Assembly: GCA_964444705.1 (NCBI GenBank)
Contig: CAYUHX010000003.1
Span: 3,248 to 67,247 of the forward strand
From: an uncultured Gammaproteobacteria bacterium
GTDB lineage: Bacteria; Patescibacteriota; Patescibacteriia; Magasanikbacterales; GWA2-37-8
DNA: 64,000 nucleotides
Direction: 5' to 3'
Positions 40,201-46,654 of the stretch are shown in pieces. The notes beneath the pieces are model-generated. The model ran no database searches and had not been told where the DNA came from. It worked only from the letters and a program-made list of their open reading frames with translations. The first letter of the stretch is position 1. Each line of letters starts with the position of its first letter. Both the position numbers and the translations under genes were made by a program.

Positions 40201-40823
40201 CTACTTTTTGCACGCTCCCGGTCGCCAGCTTCTCTATTTTTCGCGAGAACAGCGCCAGGACTTTCATCTTCATCAGACTCACCTTCTTCATCATCAACGG
40301 GAGCCGACTTTATCTCCGGTGCGCTGGCCGTAGGTGCTGCAGTAGTTGCGGAAACTTCAGGTCCTTTTGATGGTTCTCCACCCTTATTAGCAGATGATTG
40401 TGCCGTAGTTTCATTTTCCCCACTTATAATTTTTTTAAATTGAGCAGCTTGTTTTATCTCTACAGCATCACCCTCTCTCCCTCCTCTTCTCGTAACAAAC
40501 GCTAACAATCTTTGTTCACCGCTCTGTTCCACCGCGTTCAATCGAACGGTGAAAGAACCATAGTCCATCACAACACCACCATTTTTGGTGTCTTTAAAAA
40601 AAGCTACTGGTCGAAACTGCTGATCAAGATCAGCAAACTGGATTTTAAAAATTTGCTTTTTCCCTACAAACTTTGCAAAGCTACCTCCTTCTTGTCCATT
40701 AAACGAAGCTGAAACGTCTTTTTTAGCTACTTTTTTTCCAATTTGAAACTGTCCTTCTAAACGTTCCCAAAACTCTCGCCCACCGGCTGAATCTCTACCT
40801 TCTACTCCGTGTCCTTTACTCAT
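34254..40823 (-). CDS. giant hypothetical protein (2189 aa), Ala/Glu/Lys-rich with three internal ~130-aa tandem repeats
   Basis: A single uninterrupted ORF. Repeats occur at roughly aa 808-945, 950-1065 and 1065-1205 (PITLDEANAFI...RVGAFWRAHFEGKNDGVAQKEA / PITLEDARRYI...RVGAYWRAITQGKSDTVARKEA / LTLDEAIEKAQ...TGTYWKVWFENEGMKDLKARRELA). Confidence 0.75.
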   Translation of the reverse strand: MSKGHGVEGRDSAGGREFWERLEGQFQIGKKVAKKDVSASFNGQEGGSFAKFVGKKQIFKIQFADLDQQFRPVAFFKDTKNGGVVMDYGSFTVRLNAVEQSGEQRLLAFVTRRGGREGDAVEIKQAAQFKKIISGENETTAQSSANKGGEPSKGPEVSATTAAPTASAPEIKSAPVDDEEGESDEDESPGAVLAKNREAGDRERAKSRIEKGFIDFLNQFSEQSSDLQRWGLNNSKLRDELDVLSDEAAEFSRDLKDADPKTTDLSAVAARLEEYQARFEAWLEKKDREVAAQQALRAQVAAARVQLAAAIAEAAPVVVEAAAPDVTNQADAGRQVVPPVAAGLKLVFDGRHYTISQSGTGDQIKDLKPFTESGKFSVNRVVADRTTNTAPAPEAAPAPELPSAPVVEATELSSEEQKKTALEYLVAMGKVLSRIKSEVDEKVKLGEIMPVIGRMTAQHLGKNSDSSSLLGQIEDLRKKISSEPFTARFTTQIEVLAEKCGKIVASLVGKADSNFNFVQEVSREVFTGISAQEVEKAAGDSFTEIRAKFENYLKKLKEFKPEKWEEKEGSTETDLIFSGVRGRVWLEAGEEKKRSGGKFDVDKVKAAANAEAKIFGTLFRKKERILKQYTEFYTALGDAYAERRKEKTKEFGEVEAALERLLLWDARGEQEAAAFEEALKEFSANFALLKEQVRPSEVAPGADYVAAASKQEGEQQFNDLLTYLKKNHASALEKDEQLIKNLHQLRGNLGSATKEPNLNRFGMLYGQVVQRLNIPVAGIRGLWKMPERSAGAAEVRKQETGESEAFLSPRPITLDEANAFIEKGKKEEKDGPIMASFKPRSPVETIRVGAFWRAHFEGKNDGVAQKEACATAAYFLRDQALDIWLNAGEAVAKVKDGEKLLEKINTHPYFSVEDIDRLNFLVRRFERLVTAESEAKGAKPGQEVSDIGPDLRPITLEDARRYIAEARLVKPEPADEGNEERWGINSDFKPENEAQEIRVGAYWRAITQGKSDTVARKEARFAVEEFRKAIRTEKSAEKADEGFRIGVSRIGAGDVIVGAESKKEESKALTLDEAIEKAQQLWHADKAAGKKESFGMHPDHTFRNEIDRLLTGTYWKVWFENEGMKDLKARRELALKEARAAAAEALQGEAITYWNNMIESGVFLNAEEYDRADKMLRRILNHPKATTEDVDNLNRLVGYFANLLATFGGAEKPAAKPKEAAPAVTKEIVTPAAGAAQELAALSAAVAAPDRERMGAAGMVESVASSPESAKPASSIIVEDSTLAELAETFNRSADRPFVEDLSAAEAAPSPTRIERVVPPAEKKGVLSRFWKGTKELFTSKDFWKAAGKATYDTVFSVFGFKTFADLGLAIRKKGDIYNYFKERQDAKAERALIARGMEEVFALWKNRDVAIEQSDARVQERFTRVNGNILNSRFIDPAEKEKLIGRLEVLFDQYKDGAENKTKQRNEKVQKTLEAFLYSKNSTIARVRDVANTALVFAGMPLWRGAAYGAMSLVEMVSKGLDRAGQEGEKADRAKAVKEEMLTSLGEWWSAIRGKGRKGEGGVVRRGADFVSAFGTMARAVGLTDIVLGNTDTHASQAIDKLIGAFEQKELGAALYNNAVGGTVQTAERLAGIPGAMKNAAVSLEQGAAELGRSLLTKAEPGQAAGPEALRRIADGAGALAERRKESNVFAELKTFGEREKIIDDKDTGVFFAALVKKYPSLANPESLQTILKASTSGNHPSSLHGDVFKSAVDTPYEVLRDVKQATFEQLLAHGGTEQALAFLKSQNFSGHHLEYLKEAGLKPSSDSLPELVDKYQRMTTLPAAEKQALIHATGRLLQAKGTTEIANAEFGADEVHHFSLRGNVRFFGFDERKAPLIGGSGHGEVRETQWKVDPQDLQKKAEVYIGNTRESNGPFILDNLDPEKIQVDGRSVRVVLEGKDVAREEVITRFDPEKEAWKLPVGAEQPAATRGAAALETKSTAPAARTSVVESTAAEAELPAVFRELGNRNEVEAQVSTFGRQIERYLGNVKVVSADRESNPAAQALSRLRDWQQNMNGVLQGSGRVSLSSERMLQTAEVLKDIKNESIDPNKVFELLRPSGEGSAEVRLLLNHYRLDADHPVVTAQDSHAILALNPVDGQKTLIYNKDFVFNREIGTGAIVVKTTSGSTFRYDSSRDFIERSGLFSTK

Positions 40824-40850
40824 AGTAGTGTGCCTAAAAAATAAAGAAAG

Positions 40851-41177
40851 TTATGCTTGAATGTTATTTAATGCATCAGCCGTATCTTTTTCGAGCTTAG
40901 CCATCTCAGCTTCGTATTGTTGTTGAATGAGTTCAAGTGTTTCTCCCGCTTCAGCGTTGAGGTGTGCGGTTTTGCTTTCGAGATATTGCATTTCTAAAGT
41001 TGCTTCCAAGCGCTCTAATTGCTCGAGGCTCATAGCAGGCAGCAAATTAATCATTGCTTCTTTTTCTTCATCTTTCAAATTCATCGCCGCAATCAGAAAT
41101 GCCAATTTTTTGCCATGACCACGGGCAGCAGTAAGTAAATCTTGTGTACTTAATTCTTCGACAGAAGCAACTGCCAT
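40851..41177 (-). CDS. small coiled-coil protein (108 aa) immediately upstream of the giant gene
   Basis: The ORF ends 27 nt before the giant-gene start and has helical, charged composition. Confidence 0.4.
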   Translation of the reverse strand: MAVASVEELSTQDLLTAARGHGKKLAFLIAAMNLKDEEKEAMINLLPAMSLEQLERLEATLEMQYLESKTAHLNAEAGETLELIQQQYEAEMAKLEKDTADALNNIQA

Positions 41178-41376
41178 ATAATTATGTATGAAGAAAATAA
41201 ATGAATGGCTATATATTACCACTTTTTTTAAACTATGCCTATCAAAAATGACTAAAACAGTGCATTATACCCTATTTTTTCGATTTTGTCAATCATGAAA
41301 TACTCAAATTTTATCTATCTTTTAAACAAAAATACTTTTCACGCACGTATGTGTATGTGACACACAATAAAAAAAA

Positions 41377-41394
41377 CCAGTCTTTTCAGACTGG
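41377..41394 (-). terminator. rho-independent terminator downstream of tRNA-Leu
   Basis: Hairpin CCAGTCT-gaaa-AGACTGG followed by T8 on the minus strand. Confidence 0.55.
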
Positions 41395-41425
41395 AGATTT
41401 ATTCTATACATTTATTTGTTATAAC

Positions 41426-41510
41426 TGGTGCCGCCGGTCGGAATCGAACCGACATGCCGTGAGGCACACGATTTTGAGTCGTGCGTGTCTACCAATTCCA
41501 CCACGGCGGC
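41426..41510 (-). tRNA. tRNA-Leu (anticodon CAA), CCA encoded
   Basis: Cloverleaf GCCGCCG.../...CGGCGGC-A-CCA, anticodon loop CUCAAAA, long variable arm and T-loop TTCGATT. Confidence 0.85.
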
Positions 41511-41517
41511 AATACTA

Positions 41518-41757
41518 CTAATCAAAAGTCTTTTTTACAAATTCTCTACCAACACCTGATTTTAAATATTTTTCTCGTTTCCTCGCTTCTTCTCTTGATG
41601 AGTGGGTTTCAATACACAAAGTTCTAAAAGGAGCATAAGGTTTGGTAGTACGATTATACCCTTTATTATGCTGAGCAATACGCCGCTCGGGATTATCTGA
41701 TAATCCTACGTACGTGTACTCCCGCGCAATACTTCTAAGTATATAGGTGTAATACAT
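41518..41757 (-). CDS. small GIY-YIG nuclease-domain protein (UPF0213/YhbQ-like)
   Basis: 79-aa ORF containing YTYILRS...YVGLSDNPERRIAQHN...REEARKREKYLK, the GIY-YIG catalytic core pattern. Confidence 0.65.
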   Translation of the reverse strand: MYYTYILRSIAREYTYVGLSDNPERRIAQHNKGYNRTTKPYAPFRTLCIETHSSREEARKREKYLKSGVGREFVKKTFD

Positions 41758-41765
41758 AGAAAAGC

Positions 41766-41831
41766 CACACGATTTTGAGCCTGCCTGTCGGCAGACAGGT
41801 CGTGCGTGTCTACCAATTCCACCACGGCGGC
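41766..41831 (-). pseudogene. partial duplicate of the tRNA-Leu 5' half carrying a 20-nt GC-rich palindromic insert
   Basis: GCCGCCGTGGTGGAATTGGTAGACACGCACGA is identical to the intact tRNA. CCTGTCTGCCGACAGGCAGG is then inserted before the anticodon loop. CTCAAAATCGTGTG follows, after which the sequence diverges into the GIY-YIG start. Confidence 0.45.
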
Positions 41832-41920
41832 CTAAAATGCCTGCTCATCATATAAAAAAAAAATTCCTTTGTCAATCAATTAGGCGTATGGTATACTTTG
41901 TTAAAATAGTAGCGTCTTCT

Positions 41921-42691
41921 ATGATTATTTCTATCGTCAACCAAAAAGGTGGTGTAGGCAAAACCACCACCGCCGTAAACCTCTCTGCCGCCCTCGCGGA
42001 AGCGGGCAAATTTGTGCTTTTGGTTGATCTTGATCCACAAGGTAATGCCACCTCAGGCCTCGGATTAAAAAACCAAGAAATTGATCGCGGCCTCTATGAA
42101 GCTCTGCTTGGGCGCGAACGATTGCACGACGTAGTGAAGAATACCGCTCATGCTGGCCTGCGCGTAGTGCCAGCCACAGCTGACCTCGCGGGCGCGAATG
42201 TTGAATTAGTTTCGGTTGAAGGGAGAGAAACAAAACTCACTGATATACTAAGCGAAGTTCAGCATGCGTATGATTACATTATCATTGATTGCCCACCATC
42301 ACTTGGCATTCTAACCCTCAACGGACTCGTCGCAGCCGACCACATTCTTATTCCCGTGCAAGCCGAATACTATGCCCTCGAAGGCTTGGGACAACTTCTC
42401 AAAACCATAGAGCTTGTGAAAGCCAATATTAAACCTACGCTCAATATTTTGGGTGCACTTCTCACCATGTTTGATGCCCGCAACCGTTTGTCTGATGAAG
42501 TGATGAAAGAACTCTACAAACATTTGCCGACCACCATTTTTCGCTCCATCATTCCTAGAGCCGTACGCTTGGCTGAAGCACCAAGTTATGGTCAAAGTAT
42601 TTTTCACTATGAGCCAGGCGGCAAAAGCGCCAAGGCGTACGAACGCTTAGCACGAGAACTTATGGATCGCTTCGCGGAACAAAACCCTTAA
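41921..42691 (+). CDS. parA: chromosome partitioning ATPase ParA/Soj
   Basis: Deviant Walker A motif (VNQKGGVGKTTTAVNLSAALA); start taken at the internal ATG 41921. Confidence 0.9.
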   Translation: MIISIVNQKGGVGKTTTAVNLSAALAEAGKFVLLVDLDPQGNATSGLGLKNQEIDRGLYEALLGRERLHDVVKNTAHAGLRVVPATADLAGANVELVSVEGRETKLTDILSEVQHAYDYIIIDCPPSLGILTLNGLVAADHILIPVQAEYYALEGLGQLLKTIELVKANIKPTLNILGALLTMFDARNRLSDEVMKELYKHLPTTIFRSIIPRAVRLAEAPSYGQSIFHYEPGGKSAKAYERLARELMDRFAEQNP

Positions 42692-42712
42692 TTATTTAGC
42701 CTTCTTTCGCGT

Positions 42713-43567
42713 ATGTCACTTGGTCGCGGCCTTGGCGCTCTTATCAGCACCACTTCTTCCACAAAAAAAAGTACACCAAAAGAAAATACTCCCACTTCCT
42801 CAACCGATGAAGTGTTGCACGTTCCGCTTTCATCAATTTTTCCTGATGAGGAACAACCACGACGTTATTTTTCTGAAATTGAACTTCAAGAATTAGCCGC
42901 CTCAATCACCCACCACGGCATTTTACAACCACTGCTTGTTTCGCCCCGCGCCGAAGGCGGTTACGAATTGATTGCTGGCGAAAGGCGTTGGCGCGCCGCT
43001 GGTTTAGCAGGTCTTGCCACCGCACCAGTCATTGTCCGAGAATTTCCTCCCGAACAAAAACTTGAGGTATCATTAATTGAAAACATTCAACGACAAGATT
43101 TAAATCCAATTGAAGAAGCTAAGGCCTTTGAGCGATTGATTACTGACTTTGGTTTAACACAACAAGAGGTGGCTGACAAAGTCGGCAAAAGCCGCCCCGC
43201 AGTGGCCAACACAGTGCGTCTTCTCAACTTGCCAGAAGAAGTACAAACTGCGCTCATTCACCGCACCATCAACATGGGTCAAGCTCGAGCCTTGCTCGCG
43301 ATCGACAACCAAGAAGCTTTGCTCGACATGTTCGCGTCTATGCAAGGCAAAAAAATAACTGTCCGTGAACTTGAGAAAAAAACCAGCGCTTTGCAACCAC
43401 ATACTCTCTCTCGCCCTGACCCAAACCTCACCTATCTTGAAGACGAGCTTCGTGCCGTACTTGGCACCAAAGTTTCCGTGAATAAAAAAAATAAAGGTGG
43501 CACCATCACCATCCATTATTTTTCACCCGAAGAATTGGGTTCACTCGTCAAAAAAATTATTGAATAA
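42713..43567 (+). CDS. parB: chromosome partitioning protein ParB/Spo0J
   Basis: ParB box (GILQPLLVSPR...YELIAGERRWRAA) and an HTH region. Confidence 0.9.
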   Translation: MSLGRGLGALISTTSSTKKSTPKENTPTSSTDEVLHVPLSSIFPDEEQPRRYFSEIELQELAASITHHGILQPLLVSPRAEGGYELIAGERRWRAAGLAGLATAPVIVREFPPEQKLEVSLIENIQRQDLNPIEEAKAFERLITDFGLTQQEVADKVGKSRPAVANTVRLLNLPEEVQTALIHRTINMGQARALLAIDNQEALLDMFASMQGKKITVRELEKKTSALQPHTLSRPDPNLTYLEDELRAVLGTKVSVNKKNKGGTITIHYFSPEELGSLVKKIIE

Positions 43568-43568
43568 A

Positions 43569-45074
43569 TTAATTTTTCTTCCCTTTGGTCGGCAAAATCT
43601 GTTTCAACCAACTGCTGAGCGTGTTGGTTTTGAGATGATTTTTAATATGCGTGCGGGCGAGATGTGTTTTAGCTGACTTAAGCCAGTCGGGGCTAGGTCC
43701 TTTTCGATTTTTATCGGTAATGATCTCTACCACATCACCACTTTTAAGCGCCGTATCCAAACTCACAAGCTGGTCATTCACTCGCACTCCCGTGCAACGA
43801 TTGCCCACCTCACTGTGAATGTGATAGGCAAAATCAACGGGAGTTGCATCTTCTGGTAAATCAATCACGTCACCTTTTGGGGTAAACGCAAAAATACGAT
43901 TTTGAAAAAAATCAATTCTTAAATTTTCGACATCGGATAAATTCACCAAAATTTCTTGCTGGATACGCGCTAATTCTTTGGCCCAGGTGACATCTTTTGT
44001 AGGCAAACGACTACCTTTTTCGTCATAGAGCCAATGTGCTGAAACACCGAATTCGGCTTCTTCGTGCATTTCTTTGGTGCGAATTTGAAACTCAACCATT
44101 TTTCCATCAATACAAAACACTGTGGTGTGAAGCGACTTATAGCCATTGGGCTTAGGCTGCGCAATGTAGTCTTTGATCCGACCTTTGAGCGGCCGCCACA
44201 GTTTATGAATAATGCCAAGCGTGGCATAGCAATCAGCCACAGTGTTGGTGATGATGCGGAGGGCCACCATGTCATAAATTTTTTCTGTTTCCCATCCTTT
44301 TTTTGCAAGCTTTTGGTACAAACTATAAAGTTGCTTTTTACGGCCGTGCACATCGGCCACCACAATACCTGCGCTTTGCAATTCTATTTTTACCCTCTCA
44401 ACAACTCGCTCAAGATACGCCTCTTCGCCGGTGAGTAAGCGATCACGAATAGCTTTTGTCCGTTCATATTCTTTTGGGTACACAAACGGAAATGACAAAT
44501 CTTCGAGCATGCCCTTGAACTCTCCCATACCCAAACGATGCGCAATCGGTGCATATATCTGCAAACTTTCAAGAGCAATCCGATGACGTTTTTTATCCGG
44601 CAGCGAATCAAGTGTTAAAAGATTGTGAGTTCGATCGGCAAATTTAATAATCATTACCCGCACATCTTCGGCCATTGCCACAAACATTTTACGCAAATTT
44701 TCAATATAACGCTCCACCCCCCGATATTTTAACTTGCCAAGCTTGGTGATTCCTCGTACCATAGATGCAATATCCGCCCCAAAATTTTGTTCGATTTCTT
44801 CGAGCGTCACTGCAGTGTCTTCGGGAACATCGTGGAGCAATGTTGCCACAATAATAGTTGTTTCCATTTTCATGGAGGCTAAAATATAAGCCGCACTTAA
44901 AGGATGAATAATATACGGCTCTCCCGATTTGCGAAACTGCCCCTCATGCGCCTTAGCCGCAAAATCATAGGCCAATCGCACGATATCGGTGTCATCTGCC
45001 CGATCATACAGAGCAATACTCGCAATAAGATCATCAATGGTAAGTGTTTTTGGAATTTGGATTCGAAAAGGCAT
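43569..45074 (-). CDS. rel: bifunctional (p)ppGpp synthetase/hydrolase Rel/SpoT family, short form (HD + synthetase + TGS, no ACT)
   Basis: HD motif (LLHDVPEDT), synthetase motif (PNGYKSLHTTV...EFQIRTKEMH) and a C-terminal TGS-like domain; only 501 aa. Confidence 0.9.
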   Translation of the reverse strand: MPFRIQIPKTLTIDDLIASIALYDRADDTDIVRLAYDFAAKAHEGQFRKSGEPYIIHPLSAAYILASMKMETTIIVATLLHDVPEDTAVTLEEIEQNFGADIASMVRGITKLGKLKYRGVERYIENLRKMFVAMAEDVRVMIIKFADRTHNLLTLDSLPDKKRHRIALESLQIYAPIAHRLGMGEFKGMLEDLSFPFVYPKEYERTKAIRDRLLTGEEAYLERVVERVKIELQSAGIVVADVHGRKKQLYSLYQKLAKKGWETEKIYDMVALRIITNTVADCYATLGIIHKLWRPLKGRIKDYIAQPKPNGYKSLHTTVFCIDGKMVEFQIRTKEMHEEAEFGVSAHWLYDEKGSRLPTKDVTWAKELARIQQEILVNLSDVENLRIDFFQNRIFAFTPKGDVIDLPEDATPVDFAYHIHSEVGNRCTGVRVNDQLVSLDTALKSGDVVEIITDKNRKGPSPDWLKSAKTHLARTHIKNHLKTNTLSSWLKQILPTKGKKN

Positions 45075-45144
45075 AAAATTAGCTTGTCTTTAGTATAGCG
45101 TGTACCCTTAGAGAAAACAATGTTTTTAAACCAAACTCGCATGC

Positions 45145-45173
45145 TTGACAAAACCACTTTTCTATGGTATAAT
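45145..45173 (+). promoter_or_regulatory. near-consensus sigma70 promoter in the rel/lipoprotein intergenic region
   Basis: TTGACA, a 17-nt spacer, then TGgTATAAT. Confidence 0.5.
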
Positions 45174-45211
45174 GCGCGTGTAATACAAAGGACAAACCTT
45201 AACGCCAACAC

Positions 45212-45239
45212 ATAACTCGTGCATAACTGCACGAGTTAT
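45212..45239 (+). ncRNA. candidate small RNA or attenuator: strong hairpin ~35 nt downstream of the promoter
   Basis: Perfect 12-bp inverted repeat ATAACTCGTGCA-taac-TGCACGAGTTAT followed by GCTGTTTT. No ORF lies between the promoter and the hairpin. Confidence 0.3.
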
Positions 45240-45290
45240 GCTGTTTTGAAGGGAATCTTTAAAATCTGCATTTTTTTCTTGATTTTAACT

Positions 45291-45319
45291 GATCTATTTG
45301 CTATACTCGCACACGTAGG
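45291..45319 (+). promoter_or_regulatory. second candidate promoter (TTGATT-17-TATACT)
   Basis: The hexamers are spaced 17 nt apart; the downstream region is structured and non-coding. Confidence 0.3.
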
Positions 45320-45484
45320 CTGGTAAAGGGCCTTTGTATTACCTTTGGCATCAAGGCTTTCTTTTACCCCTACATTCAGAAACTCTGTTTTAAAATAGCA
45401 GGGTTTTTTATTTCTTCTGTTTTTTACTGAATTAAACTTACTTTATTTCTTAAAAAATAAACTTGTATTTCCTACGTACTATCC

Positions 45485-45514
45485 TTGACGCCGTCTTAAT
45501 TTACTGCGTATACT
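45485..45514 (+). promoter_or_regulatory. promoter for the high-GC lipoprotein gene (TTGACG-18-TATACT)
   Basis: The hexamers lie directly upstream of SD GGGAGGAG and the ATG. Confidence 0.4.
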
Positions 45515-45541
45515 AACACTCCCTATTGAGGGAGGAGATTG

Positions 45542-45991
45542 ATGCAACGAGTTACAATTTTTCCAAAGCACTCTTCCTGGCTGGCGTTGCTGGCCGCAGT
45601 CCACATCGGTGGCTGCGATCTGGCACCACCGGCTGAGACGCCTCGCACACCAAAGATCGAGATCTACGGCGAAGCTGACCGCGCCTGCGCCCACACGCCG
45701 GCCGGCTCCAGCCTGCTCGAATGCACCAACTACAGCGGCCAGCTCCTCTGGGGAGCAGAAGCCGCCTGCATCATCAGCATCACCCGTGACGCGACAGCGA
45801 GCGTCTGCACGGTGGCCTGCACCGCGCAGGGATCGCCCAACCACGTGGTGGCGCTCGGCGACCTCACCTTCCTGACACTGGTCGACGGCGTCCCAACCCA
45901 GGTGGGAACTGAAGACCGTTCTGCCACTATGGCGGGCACGACCTGGTGCAACGCAGCGCCCAAGTCGCAACCGCGGACCGGCCAGAAGTAG
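45542..45991 (+). CDS. putative lipoprotein, Cys-rich (high-GC island 3)
   Basis: Signal peptide with a lipobox-like HIGGC, ~65% GC and a strong SD. Confidence 0.55.
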   Translation: MQRVTIFPKHSSWLALLAAVHIGGCDLAPPAETPRTPKIEIYGEADRACAHTPAGSSLLECTNYSGQLLWGAEAACIISITRDATASVCTVACTAQGSPNHVVALGDLTFLTLVDGVPTQVGTEDRSATMAGTTWCNAAPKSQPRTGQK

Positions 45992-46083
45992 CCACGCCGT
46001 CTTCCTCGTCGTCTCCTCGCCGGCCATGCAACCCTGCGGTTGTGTGGCCGGCTCGACTTTCACTTTATTTCTGTTTCAAAAAA

Positions 46084-46112
46084 CCCCAGGTTATGAACCT
46101 GAGGCTTTTTTA
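46084..46112. terminator. bidirectional terminator between the lipoprotein gene (+) and the membrane protein gene (-)
   Basis: Hairpin CAGGTT-atg-AACCTG with extended pairing, flanked by an A-run and a T-run. Confidence 0.5.
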
Positions 46113-46114
46113 AT

Positions 46115-46633
46115 TTATTGTACAGAAACGGGAGGAAGTGGCGGTATTTTTTTCTTTGTTGTAAACACTCGCATGAGCAAACGAACTAATTCACGCACCC
46201 AGTTTTTAACCGAAGAAAAATAAGCGATATTTAAAAGCAACAAAGTAATAATAATGACCGCATCATAGCTTTGTCGAATCCAGTAATCATCTTCCAAACG
46301 AATCCACATACCAAACTCATCGAAGGTAAGGCCTAAACCCACCCCATAGGCCATAGTCACCCATTTAAACGCTCGCGATCCAAGAAGCGGTCGCCTAAGG
46401 ATGGCATAAAACCCCACAATAGCTAAGGTAAAAACGCCATAGGTAAAATGATGTACATGTACGCCTTTAACTTCAAGAAAAAAATTTGGCAACCAATTAT
46501 CGAGCACTAAATACACAAATGTGCGCGATGCGGCAAACGTGATGAGAAAGGCAGAAATAATTATGGCGATGAGTTTCTGATTGGCTTTAGAATTGTAATT
46601 AATGGGCGCCATGCAACTAGCAATGAAAGACAA
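46115..46633 (-). CDS. hypothetical multi-pass membrane protein
   Basis: 172-aa ORF with several hydrophobic helices. Confidence 0.5.
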   Translation of the reverse strand: MSFIASCMAPINYNSKANQKLIAIIISAFLITFAASRTFVYLVLDNWLPNFFLEVKGVHVHHFTYGVFTLAIVGFYAILRRPLLGSRAFKWVTMAYGVGLGLTFDEFGMWIRLEDDYWIRQSYDAVIIITLLLLNIAYFSSVKNWVRELVRLLMRVFTTKKKIPPLPPVSVQ

Positions 46634-46654
46634 ATACCACAGAGGGGTAATTCG

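Noticed and set aside
41426-41831. Group I intron with a homing endonuclease inside tRNA-Leu
   Set aside because: The downstream tRNA copy is complete and folds into a full cloverleaf by itself; the upstream piece is a partial duplicate, not exon 1 of a split gene. The 240-bp ORF plus 70 nt is also too short for a group I ribozyme core.
45479-46063. 194-aa minus-strand ORF and 88/77-aa ORFs overlapping the island-3 lipoprotein gene
   Set aside because: Antisense frames in a high-GC segment; the plus-strand frame has a promoter, SD and signal peptide.
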